From Candidatus Shapirobacteria bacterium (lineage in GTDB: Bacteria; Patescibacteriota; Microgenomatia; UBA12405), in assembly GCA_041659325.1 (NCBI GenBank), contig JBAZYN010000003.1, positions 7,296 through 71,295 of the forward strand: a stretch of 64,000 nt of DNA. The letters run 5' to 3'. The notes beneath the pieces are model-generated. The model saw only the letters and a program-made list of their open reading frames with translations. It had not been told where the DNA came from and ran no database searches. The position numbers were made by a program, and so were the translations under genes. Each line of letters begins with the position of its first letter. Position 1 is the first letter of the stretch. Shown here piece by piece: positions 28,801 through 37,483 of this stretch.

Positions 28801-30681
28801 TTGCTCCTGTTTTGTCAAAAAGGTGGCGGAATCGGTGGGTATAGTAGGAGAAGCGGCGTTGACAGCTTTGATTCGGACATTTACGGTATCGGCGCCTGAT
28901 CCGGATAGAGTTAGTCTGAGCTTGGCAGAACTTAAGTTAGTGCCCCGGGCGATAGTAACGTTTTCAAAGAGAAAAAAGTGATTGGTAGACTGGTTACTGC
29001 TTTTGCCTAACTGAGCGGTAGTTTCGGTGTTGTGAAAGGTATCGACAATTAGGTGACAGTCGTGAGATCCCGAAGCAATGCTTTTGGAAAAATTAGCAAC
29101 TGTTAGATTAGCGATATCCTCGATTTTGGCGGTGTTGTTTGATGTATAAGTTGTCTCGTTTGCCAGGTTATCACCGACATCATACTTATATTGGTAACAA
29201 TTGCCCAAAACTACGGTGTCGTCTGAATAATTTGGGTAAGTACCTGACAGATCGATAGTTGACCAGGAGCCATAGGAGCCACAGATCTGATCAGTCATGG
29301 TGGCTAAGCGGCGATAGAAAACCCGGCTTGAAGTATCAATGCCGGAACCCGAGTCGGTGCCATCGACCGCCGTAAAGCTAACGGAGGGGTTGACGTAAAA
29401 ACCGTCATTGTAACTCAAACTGCCGCCACTTGGCGGGGTGGTATCTATTTTTACGGTATTTGAGGCGGTTTTTGGTGATTCAGCCACACCGTTTGTATCG
29501 GTAGAAAAATATTTTAAGGTATAAACGCCGTCCATGAAAAAACTGACGGTGTTTCCCGAAGAAGAGCTTAGACTTGGGATTGACCCATCGGTGGTGTAGT
29601 AAGTGGAAGCACAACCCGGGCCACCGACGTTAGTGCAGGTGAGGGTGACGCTGACTATCCCACTATGCCAGGAAGAATCGGTATTGTCCGAAGTGGTGGG
29701 AACCAAGGGACCAACAATAAAATCCGGCGATGAACCTGCGGCAACAAAAGGGCTGCTACCGGCCGAGTTGGTAATTCGGGATTGCCAGTGATAGGACTGA
29801 CCGTAAGTCAAGCCCGTTACCGGGACAGAACCGGTCACGGCTGGTCCAACATACTCAAGGGGTAGACCAAAATAATTGGGGGTGCCGTCGAAAGAGACAC
29901 CAATTTGCCGAACTTCGACTTCCGGAGTCAGGGTATCCGAAGAATTTTCCGAATCCATGCTAAATTTGAGAACAACTTGATTTTCGGGAGTAGTTTCTCC
30001 GGCGGCCAATGCCGTTGACCCATCGCTTCGATATTGAGAAAGGGAGGAGGGAGAGTTGGGGATAACAACCGGAACGGAATAAGTAATGACAAGAGATGGT
30101 TTTGCCTCGGCGCCGGTGTGGTTGCCCATTATCACGGTCCGATTTGACCAGGCGGCAGAATTGTTGTCGTTTATAAAAATCTGGATGGAGTTTCCGGAAA
30201 CCCAATCTTGACGATTGACAATTTCTGCGATTATGGTCGAAAAGTCGGGAGAAGTAAACCCAACTCCCCAACCAACCGAGGGCAGATTGGTCCAGGGAAT
30301 TGTGGACGAAGTAAGGTTGCCCTGAAAGGTGGTAAATTCGTCCACGCTTGCCGGGGCAGTAGGGGAAGAAATGTTTTGGGCAGCAACAAGAAGGCTAACG
30401 GTTCCGGCGTTCGAGCCGGTAGCTGTAAAACCCATATAAGCGGAATCAATAGTGGAACCTTGGGGAACAGTAACATTGGTAAACAAGAAGAAAAATCTGG
30501 TCGGATTGTTGTTGGCCCGACCGAGTTGGGCGGTGGTATCGGTGGCAGAAAAGACACCGTTGGTTACCTTTGAGTCGTTTGGGCCGGAAGTGATTGACCT
30601 GGAAATGGTGGTAGCAGAATAAACGGACGTGGGTTTCAGGACAAGAAAACAAAAAAAGAACAAAAGCACTTTCCGCAACAT
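25822..30681 (-). CDS. giant secreted surface protein: duplicated ~170-aa module, CE4/NodB-like polysaccharide-deacetylase-like domain, S/T/P-rich linker, C-terminal FN3-like domain
   Basis: 1619 aa; signal peptide; two paralogous modules (..TTAQLGRANNNPTRFFFLFTNVTV..DWVSGNSIQIF.. and ..TTAQLGKSSNQSTNHFFLFENVTI..DWVSGNSILLW..); SHGMDD...NHTYNH resembles NodB motifs 1-2; C-terminal domain shared with 57297..58634. Confidence 0.7.
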   Translation of the reverse strand: MLRKVLLFFFCFLVLKPTSVYSATTISRSITSGPNDSKVTNGVFSATDTTAQLGRANNNPTRFFFLFTNVTVPQGSTIDSAYMGFTATGSNAGTVSLLVAAQNISSPTAPASVDEFTTFQGNLTSSTIPWTNLPSVGWGVGFTSPDFSTIIAEIVNRQDWVSGNSIQIFINDNNSAAWSNRTVIMGNHTGAEAKPSLVITYSVPVVIPNSPSSLSQYRSDGSTALAAGETTPENQVVLKFSMDSENSSDTLTPEVEVRQIGVSFDGTPNYFGLPLEYVGPAVTGSVPVTGLTYGQSYHWQSRITNSAGSSPFVAAGSSPDFIVGPLVPTTSDNTDSSWHSGIVSVTLTCTNVGGPGCASTYYTTDGSIPSLSSSSGNTVSFFMDGVYTLKYFSTDTNGVAESPKTASNTVKIDTTPPSGGSLSYNDGFYVNPSVSFTAVDGTDSGSGIDTSSRVFYRRLATMTDQICGSYGSWSTIDLSGTYPNYSDDTVVLGNCYQYKYDVGDNLANETTYTSNNTAKIEDIANLTVANFSKSIASGSHDCHLIVDTFHNTETTAQLGKSSNQSTNHFFLFENVTIARGTNLSSAKLRLTLSGSGADTVNVRIKAVNAASPTIPTDSATFLTKQEQLTSQYVDWSAVPLGTFGTGITSPDLTSVLQTVINRSDWVSGNSILLWVGNNNSTTWSTSTFFTADYTGSEPKPTLDISYVYSNSSPTPQNDSIVTNTQATFSPLSNDTDPDNDVLTLDSVSAPGHGTAVISGTQIIYTPTAGFLGDDTFTYTVSDGNNHTAQASVSVEVLANPIYYTLSFTADKSAVPSLYYQQLTYLVHLGTVDEATVTTGDTTVVSHYSSLTGDLWFTSPQNSFELLIKNPSDPTVFTVSKSALKDHKSFAWSHGMDDNVNLAAQVALLNSKNWRGTFNLIGNIIQDARNESWIYDKPVLTTLLQQGWALSNHTYNHQCVGDQISDPEFMENTILNGYNKIMEIVSASSVPGYKVLGFAAPCFVSAYDAYVLAMRTAAATSIMYNESQSNGLMRIDQDAASYSNSGRVALAVDSDTIKIGRDMSIETDYSVTNSIMDWMSANASSSRHFWLNTLTHGNKEASLGQVIDHVYDNYGPGGSDEVWVAPATEIYSYFLVRDKTVLSTPTSVNVADGSPPAITSVSLSDYDNNSASFTWHTDLLTSSKVVFGVNSSVPSATDEEDISTRVYNHSVQIGSLLSCTKYYYRTVSTSAYSATGQSSIASFITTGCPNSATVLDSNILSVAANIGATQSFSNSDGSLVVNIPSGFSQSNATFQALQLNKDPIIASISAPSNHQLIGNFLVRLSALTSASSTISQFELPLSITLSYGADDVTNINESGLKIYRHDGSLWHELDNCTVNQNSRTVTCQTSDFSIFGIFGPPLPPSPTPTLTPTPTSTPTSSPTSTATPAANSATTSQASSNATNSVPGCSDPQPASIPDLFQINVTATTAKLFFTPISDTTEFYISFSALPTAEDHGARVSLAREGVQNFTVNSLKPNTTYYFKLRGQNGCQTGVWSNIVKAKTIQKDTGKPQTYYKKTTILKKIISKIVSVISPKTPSKNPASKQSPSPPPSLVVADTPTPKPAKTPLPQKTCFLWWCW

Positions 30682-30810
30682 TGTTCAATTATAAACTAAA
30701 CGATGTCTATGAAAAAAAATTAAGGCAAAAATACACTATGCAATTAGTGTAGATTACCTACTCCGTTTTTTGAGTATTTGCCGCCTTGTTGAGAATTCGG
30801 TTGGAAGAAA

Positions 30811-33282
30811 TCAGACGGATAAGGAAACGGGCGGGGTGTACTCTTGTTGGCGATTGGCCCCGGAACTTAAATGGTAAATGAATTTTATAATTTCAACCGT
30901 AAAAAACATAAAAATCGAAAGACCCAGGGCTATCAGCCAATAGGATAGGGGTAGTTTTGCCAGATTGAAAAACTGTCGGGTGGCCGGAGTGGCGAATGGC
31001 AAAATCTGCAGAACTAGACCCGCCACGACGGCCACTATTAGCCATTTGTTTTCAAATAGGTTGTTTTTCCAAAACGGTATCATGAGGGTTCTGACTGAAA
31101 ATACATAGACAAGGGAATCAAGACCAAGGGTGATAAAGACCATTGAGCGGGCAGTAACCAAGTCCCCTGTTAGCCTGAAAGTAAGGGAAAAAACAATCAG
31201 ACAGGTCAGACCGGTGACAATGCTAACAAAGCCAATCAAACTCATCATCCAGGGAGTGACTAGCTTCTCTTTGGCGCAACGGGGGGGTTCTTTCATAATA
31301 CCGGCTCTTTTGGGGTCGATGGTTAAAGACAAATTGGGGAAGCCGTCTGATACCAAATTTATCCAGAGAATTTGCATGGCGGTGACGGGAAGGGGTAGGC
31401 CGGAAACAATGCCGCCAAGAACGACGATTATTTCGGCAAAGGAGTCGCAAAGAAGATAAAGGATAATTTTCCTGATATTTTCAAACATAGCCCGACCTTC
31501 TTCGATGGCTCTAACCACAGTTGAAAAATTGGAATCAAGAAGAATGATGTCGGCTGATTCTTTGGCCACATCAGTGGCCTCGCCGACAACCACCCCGATA
31601 TCGGCGGCGTGAAGGGCCGGGGCATCATTGACGCCATCACCCATCATGGCAACTATTTCCCCGTTTTTCTTTAGCGCTGAAACGATAGCGTGTTTTTGGT
31701 CCGGTGTGGTTCGGGCAAACAATTTGATGGTTTTGACTTTTTTGGCTAACTGGCTAATGGTGAGGTTTCGTAACTCATCACCGGCAATGATTTCATCTTT
31801 GGTTACTTTTATCCCGAGTTGATGGAGGACAAATTCGGTGGTCTTGGCATAATCTCCCGTAATTACTAAAGTTTTTATACCGGCTGAAATGGTTTGGGCT
31901 AAAGCTTCCTTTACCCCCAAACGAACCGGATCGGAAAAAGCCAAAAGACCAATCCAGGTAAGTTTGCTTTTGGCATCAGCCGTGACTAAGCTTTTTTTAC
32001 CAAGAGGGGTACTTTTGCGGGCAAAACCGATAATTCTTTTTCCCTGTAGGGTAAGGCTATCAATCGTGGATAATATTTTGTCTTTTTCTTTTTGGGGTAG
32101 AGTTGTCCAGCCCAGAACCAATTCGGGGGCACCATTGACAAAGACCATATTTTGACCGGCAGACCAGCGGTGAAGACTAACAAAAAACCTTTCTTTGGAG
32201 GAAAAAGGAATACTGTCTAGCCTATGATGCTCGGAAACAAAATCGGTAATAATAGTTCTCCCCCACTCGAAAGCAGAAATAACCATGGGGTCGTCTAAAT
32301 CGTTTGCAAGGAGGACTTGTTTGGCCAAATCGGCTTTGTTGCCAATACAATCTACGACTTCCATTTTGCCCTGAGTCAGGGTGCCGGTTTTGTCAACACA
32401 AATCACAGTAACTCCTCCAAGAGTTTCGGCGGCTGATAATTTTCTGACTAAACCGCGCTGTTTTAGTATCTTTTGCATCCCCACGGATAAGACAACGGTA
32501 AGAGATACCAAAAGACCTTCGGGGATACTCGAGACCGCCAGGGCAACAGAAGTAATAAAAATTTCGGTGGCGCTATATTGATATAAAATCCCCAGAAAAA
32601 AAACATAAACGGTGATAATACCGATGACAATGGCTAACTGTTTGCTAAATGATTTCAATTGTCTTTGGAGGGGGGTATCTGCTTCCGGCTCCTGAATCTC
32701 TCCGGCGATGGCGCCCATTTTGGTCTTTGCCCCAATAGCGTTGACCAACATTGCCGCCTGGCCGGAAGAAATAGTGGTGCCCATAAAAACATCATCACCT
32801 TTAACTTTTTTGGCAGGGAGGCTCTCACCGGTGAGAATAGCTTCGTCAATAAAAAGACGGTTGGCCGATATTAACCGGCCGTCGGCCGGTATTTTGACAC
32901 CCTGATCAAGGATGACAATGTCGCCAACAACAATTTGGGAGGTGTCGATTTGGGTTCTGCTTCCGTTACGGATAACAGTTGCCCTATCGGTCATATAATT
33001 TTTGAGAGCTCTAAGCGCATCGGAAGCCCGATTTTCCTGAACGTAGCCCAAAATTGTGTTGATAAAGACCGCCAAAGAGATGATGGCGGCATCAGTATAG
33101 TGGCCAATTATTAGAGTAATAACAGTGGCGATAACTAAGACATAAACTAAGGGACTTTTTAGCTGTTCGAGTAAAATTGAGAGGTGACTAGCGGCAGGTT
33201 TTTCCGGTAATACATTCAAACCATCTTGTTTTTGTCTTTTGACTACTTCTTCATTTGACAATCCTGGCTCGTCGGGAAACAT
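30811..33282 (-). CDS. P-type ATPase, cation-transporting (type II, Ca2+/Mg2+-like)
   Basis: DKTGTLT phosphorylation motif, TGES, MGDGVNDAPAL hinge, 10 TM; 823 aa. Confidence 0.9.
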   Translation of the reverse strand: MFPDEPGLSNEEVVKRQKQDGLNVLPEKPAASHLSILLEQLKSPLVYVLVIATVITLIIGHYTDAAIISLAVFINTILGYVQENRASDALRALKNYMTDRATVIRNGSRTQIDTSQIVVGDIVILDQGVKIPADGRLISANRLFIDEAILTGESLPAKKVKGDDVFMGTTISSGQAAMLVNAIGAKTKMGAIAGEIQEPEADTPLQRQLKSFSKQLAIVIGIITVYVFFLGILYQYSATEIFITSVALAVSSIPEGLLVSLTVVLSVGMQKILKQRGLVRKLSAAETLGGVTVICVDKTGTLTQGKMEVVDCIGNKADLAKQVLLANDLDDPMVISAFEWGRTIITDFVSEHHRLDSIPFSSKERFFVSLHRWSAGQNMVFVNGAPELVLGWTTLPQKEKDKILSTIDSLTLQGKRIIGFARKSTPLGKKSLVTADAKSKLTWIGLLAFSDPVRLGVKEALAQTISAGIKTLVITGDYAKTTEFVLHQLGIKVTKDEIIAGDELRNLTISQLAKKVKTIKLFARTTPDQKHAIVSALKKNGEIVAMMGDGVNDAPALHAADIGVVVGEATDVAKESADIILLDSNFSTVVRAIEEGRAMFENIRKIILYLLCDSFAEIIVVLGGIVSGLPLPVTAMQILWINLVSDGFPNLSLTIDPKRAGIMKEPPRCAKEKLVTPWMMSLIGFVSIVTGLTCLIVFSLTFRLTGDLVTARSMVFITLGLDSLVYVFSVRTLMIPFWKNNLFENKWLIVAVVAGLVLQILPFATPATRQFFNLAKLPLSYWLIALGLSIFMFFTVEIIKFIYHLSSGANRQQEYTPPVSLSV

Positions 33283-33461
33283 ATAATCATTTTCGCATAA
33301 ATTGCTCGTCTTTTTACAAATACCACGACTAGTGACAGAAAAAACATCTTTTATACGATATGATATTTATGTTTTTTATTTTGTTTTAGGTTTTGGGAAA
33401 CAGGGATTGATTGGCCTTTTGAAATAAATCGGATAAAGAAATTGTATATATACTAAAGGAA

Positions 33462-34043
33462 GTGATGATCGATGAGGACTGTCAAAATTTAGAGGATAAT
33501 GAATTGGTGGCGCTGTCTTTGGACGACAGCCGGTATTTTTACTGCCTAATGAAACGGTATGAAGAAAAACTGGCCCGGTATGTCCATCGATTTACCTACC
33601 TGGCGGAGGATGATATTGACGATATTGTCCAGGAGTCATTTATCAGAGCCTATCAGCATTTAAACGATTGTGACTGTGATTTGAAATTTAGCAGCTGGCT
33701 GTACCGGATAGTTCATAACCAGGCGATTAATTTTATGAAGAAAAACAAACAATCGATAAAAATAGACTTTGAAAATGATGATGAATTTGTGGACTGGCTA
33801 ATAGCCGACACCAATATTGAAAAGGAAACTATAAAATCGTATTTTAACGATCAGGTCCAAACAATTTTGCAAAAGCTGAAACCGGAATATAAGGAGGTAC
33901 TGGTGCTAAAGTTTTTTGAGGATAAAGACTATTCAGAAATTAGCGACATTTTACAAAAGCCAATGGGGACAGTGGCAACACTTATCTCCCGGGCAAAGAT
34001 ACAATTTAAAAAAATCTATGAAAAAGAAAAAAAATATCAGTGA
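33462..34043 (+). CDS. ECF-type RNA polymerase sigma factor
   Basis: Sigma-70 region 2 (DIVQESFIRAYQHL, FSSWLYRIVHNQAINF) and region 4 HTH (YSEISDILQKPMGTVATLISRA). Confidence 0.8.
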   Translation: MMIDEDCQNLEDNELVALSLDDSRYFYCLMKRYEEKLARYVHRFTYLAEDDIDDIVQESFIRAYQHLNDCDCDLKFSSWLYRIVHNQAINFMKKNKQSIKIDFENDDEFVDWLIADTNIEKETIKSYFNDQVQTILQKLKPEYKEVLVLKFFEDKDYSEISDILQKPMGTVATLISRAKIQFKKIYEKEKKYQ

Positions 34044-34677
34044 TAAAGCAATAGAGCTTATCAATCAACAAAAAATCAGACCGATCCCGAGGTGGGAATT
34101 TGTGGCGAAAAACTGGGGGCTGTGGCTAGCGCTGACTATGAGTCTCGGAGCCTTGGTTCTGGGAACCGGGGTTTCATGGTTTGGGGTGGTTGAAAACATA
34201 ATTACGCCATATCTTTGGCTACTGGTGGCCTTAGTATTTTTGGGAATTTCATTTTTTTTGTTTGAAAAAACCAAGCGGGCTTACCGATTTTCCAAATGGT
34301 GGGTGATAGCAATCATTGGCATCGTAGGATTAATTATTGGCGGAGTGTTGTTTAGAGCCGGAGTGGCCAACAAGATTGACAGGCGACTGGAAACCACTAT
34401 CCCCTTTTACCGACAGATGGTGCCGATGAAACTCCAAACTTGGAACAGGCCGGAATTGGGATACCTGTCGGGAACTATCACAAAGGTAGCTGACGGGAAT
34501 AATTTTGAGATAAAGGATTTTGGTGGAAATACATGGAGTATCAGCGGCCAAAATATATTGGTGAGAGGGAGGACAAGGATTGAAACAGGGGCGGAGATTA
34601 AGCTTGTCGGGACAAAAACCGGCGAAGGCGAATTTCTGGCTGAGGAAATCCGGCCGTGGGCAGGCAGGCGAAACTAA
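34018..34677 (+). CDS. putative membrane-anchored anti-sigma factor
   Basis: Starts (MKKKKNISD) inside the last 26 nt of the sigma gene in +1 frame; short cytoplasmic N-term, TM helices, extracytoplasmic C-domain. Confidence 0.45.
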   Translation: MKKKKNISDKAIELINQQKIRPIPRWEFVAKNWGLWLALTMSLGALVLGTGVSWFGVVENIITPYLWLLVALVFLGISFFLFEKTKRAYRFSKWWVIAIIGIVGLIIGGVLFRAGVANKIDRRLETTIPFYRQMVPMKLQTWNRPELGYLSGTITKVADGNNFEIKDFGGNTWSISGQNILVRGRTRIETGAEIKLVGTKTGEGEFLAEEIRPWAGRRN

Positions 34678-34753
34678 GTTGAAAGAAAACTTATGGTCAG
34701 CTTGTATTAGTAATAGACAAGGCCTGTCGGATTAACAATTAATTTAAAAACTT

Positions 34754-35116
34754 ATGAAAAATCAAATTGTTTTAGGAGTGGCAGCTTTAGCCCTGGGTTT
34801 GGTGGCAGTTAAATCGTTGACACCGGTTTTGGCATATCGGGGGGACGCTGCAGTCCGCGGCCCCAACTACACCGAGGCCCGACATACTGCCAATTTAAGC
34901 GCCTTTGAAAAAGGTGATTACAAAGCTTGGGCAGCAAATATGCAGGGTCGGGGAGCAACCAGATTTGTTAACGAATCGAACTTTAAGGAGTTTGCCGCTG
35001 CTCAAGTGGCCGCTCAAAAAGGTGATTCAACCCTTCTTGAAGCCTTTAGGGCTAAATACGGCATGGGTAAGGGGAACGGTCAGGGTTGTGGGATGGGTAA
35101 CCGGGTAAATAAATAA
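34754..35116 (+). CDS. small secreted protein, unknown function
   Basis: Signal peptide MKNQIVLGVAALALGLVAVKS; Gly/Ala-rich, GC-rich codon usage. Confidence 0.45.
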   Translation: MKNQIVLGVAALALGLVAVKSLTPVLAYRGDAAVRGPNYTEARHTANLSAFEKGDYKAWAANMQGRGATRFVNESNFKEFAAAQVAAQKGDSTLLEAFRAKYGMGKGNGQGCGMGNRVNK

Positions 35117-35137
35117 TATTTTGCCGGTGAATATTGG

Positions 35138-35164
35138 AAAACCCCTCTTTTTGAGAGGGGTTTT
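35138..35164. terminator. bidirectional rho-independent terminator
   Basis: aaaacccctc-tttttga-gaggggtttt, flanked by A- and T-tracts; between convergent genes. Confidence 0.8.
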
Positions 35165-35213
35165 AGTTTGTATTAAATAAAGCTTGATACGCCAATAGGT
35201 ACATTCTTGAAGC

Positions 35214-35822
35214 CTAGACTTTAAGAGCGCCGCGGAACCCCCTTGAGCCATAATAAGATTCGGCCCCGTTGTGATAAATAAAAACATGGTTGTAGCGGCG
35301 ATCGGCAAAAATGGCACCACCAAGTTTTCTGATACTTTCGGGTGTTTTTATCCAACTTGAAGTTTTGGTATCAAAGACACCAAGTGACTGCAGCTGACGA
35401 TATTGGTCCTCCGTTAAGATTTCAATCCCCATGATAGCCGCCATGTCCAGGGCATTGCCCCGGGGCTTGTTGGCTTTTCGAGACTCGAGCGCCTGACGGT
35501 CGTAACAAAGGTTTCTCCGTTCTGTGGGACTTTCGGGAGAACAATCATAAAAAATAAGTTCCCCCGGGTTAAACCCCACCACATCCGGCTGACCGCCGCT
35601 TTGTTCCATTTCATAAAGTGGGAGGAGCTTATCGAGGTTAGCTTCCAACTTTGCCAGAACCTTTTCCCAGACCAAATCCGGGTGACGATTCGGGAAAGTC
35701 TTAAAACGGGCCTGCAAAATATCGAGTAACTTTTGGCTTTCGTCGGGTAAGAGTAATTTTTTGTGGTTATGAAAGTTGCTGCTGCTTATTTTTTTACCCT
35801 CTTTGGCATTATTTTTTTTCAT
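35214..35822 (-). CDS. DUF4256-family protein
   Basis: Start set at MKKNNAKEGKK; conserved ...LLDILQARFKTFPNRHPDLVWEKVLAKLEANLDKL...MEQSGGQPDVVG core of DUF4256. Confidence 0.5.
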   Translation of the reverse strand: MKKNNAKEGKKISSSNFHNHKKLLLPDESQKLLDILQARFKTFPNRHPDLVWEKVLAKLEANLDKLLPLYEMEQSGGQPDVVGFNPGELIFYDCSPESPTERRNLCYDRQALESRKANKPRGNALDMAAIMGIEILTEDQYRQLQSLGVFDTKTSSWIKTPESIRKLGGAIFADRRYNHVFIYHNGAESYYGSRGFRGALKV

Positions 35823-35931
35823 AAGAAAAATAAACGTCCTTAATAATCCTGATAAATAACTTTGCATTTTTATAATACGCACTAAGGGTGAAACTGAGGT
35901 AATAAAAAGATATGAATTGGGAAAGAATGGG

Positions 35932-37194
35932 CTATTCACTGTTGATGAACTGTTCCAGCTCTTTGATGTTGCCAAAGGCAACCCGGTCGGGAACATAGTC
36001 CTTCGTCCCTAGCATCATGGCCGGAGTAATGACAAAATCCCCCCATTTTTCCTTAATTTTATCGACGGCTCGGGTGAGGCTGATTTTTTTGGTGATTTCG
36101 TTGAACAAATCGAGCTGAGAAAAATCGGACTTTTTTAGATCAAAAAGAGAAACGGAAAGATTGGCCACCGGTTTGCGATAGGGAGAGGAAACCATAATAC
36201 GGTAGGCATATTTATAAATATCGCCGGCGCTAAAAAGTGGCTCCCGGTGAACAGTACCACCATGATGCCAAAAAGAATGGTCCCGATACAAAAGGGCGAC
36301 ATGAACTCCCCGGGCAGAAAAACCGGCCCGGCGCATACGGAAACTACATTTTTCGACTAGCTTGTGAAGCAGAGGAGAAAGCTTTTCCGGCTCGGAAAGA
36401 GCCGTGGGGAGAGAGTACATATTGCCATAACTTTTGCGACTAAATTCAACATCGTCTATTTCCCAGCCGCGAAGGCGAAGGTACCAATAATAGCCCAAAA
36501 TTGATTGGAAGGCGCAACGGAGTTGGCTGACCGGAGCTTGGTAAAAATCAATTAGGGTGTGAATGCCGACATTGTTTAGCCGAATGGCATTGGCAGTCTT
36601 GATGCCATTTAAATCCGTCAGAGTAAGTTTGGAGTAAACTTGGTGATAGTTTTTTGAATTTATTTCTTCAAGACCGTCCGGTTTTTTTAGATTGGCGGCA
36701 AGTTTGGCTAAAAAACGATTCGGCCCAATACCGATAGAAACGGTGAGCCAGTCACCAATATCCTGTTTGATTTTTTGTTTGATTTCTTTGCCCGCCTGAT
36801 GAAGCCCGAGCCTGAAAGAGGGATAGCCCTCAAAATTCAGGACAAATTCATCGATTGATTTTGGCGAAAAATTAGAAGTATAGCGGGAAATCAGATCACG
36901 AAGCCGGACATGAATATTTCTGTATTTCCAGGGATCAGGGCCAAGAATCTGCAAGTGGGGGCAAAGAAGTTTGCCCTCTTTGACCCGCATGCCGGTTTTG
37001 ACCCCGTATTTTTTGGCTTCGATTGAGGGAGCCAGAATACAACCACTGGGAGTGGTGTAGGCGGCTACGGCAATGGGCCGGCCGCGAAGCAAGGGGTTGG
37101 CTTGCTGCTCGATGGTGGCAAAACAGGAATTCAGATCAATATGCATGATGGTGGAAGGCTTGGAATTAAAAGGAAGGTTAGCCAGGTAATCCAT
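35932..37194 (-). CDS. dinB: Y-family translesion DNA polymerase (DinB/Pol IV-like)
   Basis: MHIDLNSCFATIEQQANPLLRGRPIAV catalytic N-terminus, little-finger C-domain; alternative start at internal MHID (37146) possible. Confidence 0.85.
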   Translation of the reverse strand: MDYLANLPFNSKPSTIMHIDLNSCFATIEQQANPLLRGRPIAVAAYTTPSGCILAPSIEAKKYGVKTGMRVKEGKLLCPHLQILGPDPWKYRNIHVRLRDLISRYTSNFSPKSIDEFVLNFEGYPSFRLGLHQAGKEIKQKIKQDIGDWLTVSIGIGPNRFLAKLAANLKKPDGLEEINSKNYHQVYSKLTLTDLNGIKTANAIRLNNVGIHTLIDFYQAPVSQLRCAFQSILGYYWYLRLRGWEIDDVEFSRKSYGNMYSLPTALSEPEKLSPLLHKLVEKCSFRMRRAGFSARGVHVALLYRDHSFWHHGGTVHREPLFSAGDIYKYAYRIMVSSPYRKPVANLSVSLFDLKKSDFSQLDLFNEITKKISLTRAVDKIKEKWGDFVITPAMMLGTKDYVPDRVAFGNIKELEQFINSE

Positions 37195-37438
37195 CGGAGA
37201 TTTCTTCTAAACGCCAGGATAAATTTTCGGTATTTAAATTAAGGCGGAAAAAAGTATCGCCGGAAGTAACGGAAAATATGTGGTGGAGGGTGCGGCCGTT
37301 TCTAAACTGGTGATGGAGGCCGACTTTGGTGATTGAATATTCCCGGCCATCCCAACGAACCCTGAGGGGAGAAACCCTGGCCCCTTTGGGATCATAGACA
37401 GAAATAACGGCGATGGGGACGTCAACCCGAAGATGCAT
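37178..37438 (-). CDS. conserved hypothetical small protein translationally coupled to dinB
   Basis: 86 aa; 17-nt overlap with dinB start; no family recognised. Confidence 0.45.
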   Translation of the reverse strand: MHLRVDVPIAVISVYDPKGARVSPLRVRWDGREYSITKVGLHHQFRNGRTLHHIFSVTSGDTFFRLNLNTENLSWRLEEISDGLPG

Positions 37439-37483
37439 ACAAGAGTCTACCCGAAGAATACCCGAAGGTCAAGCGGGGTAAAA

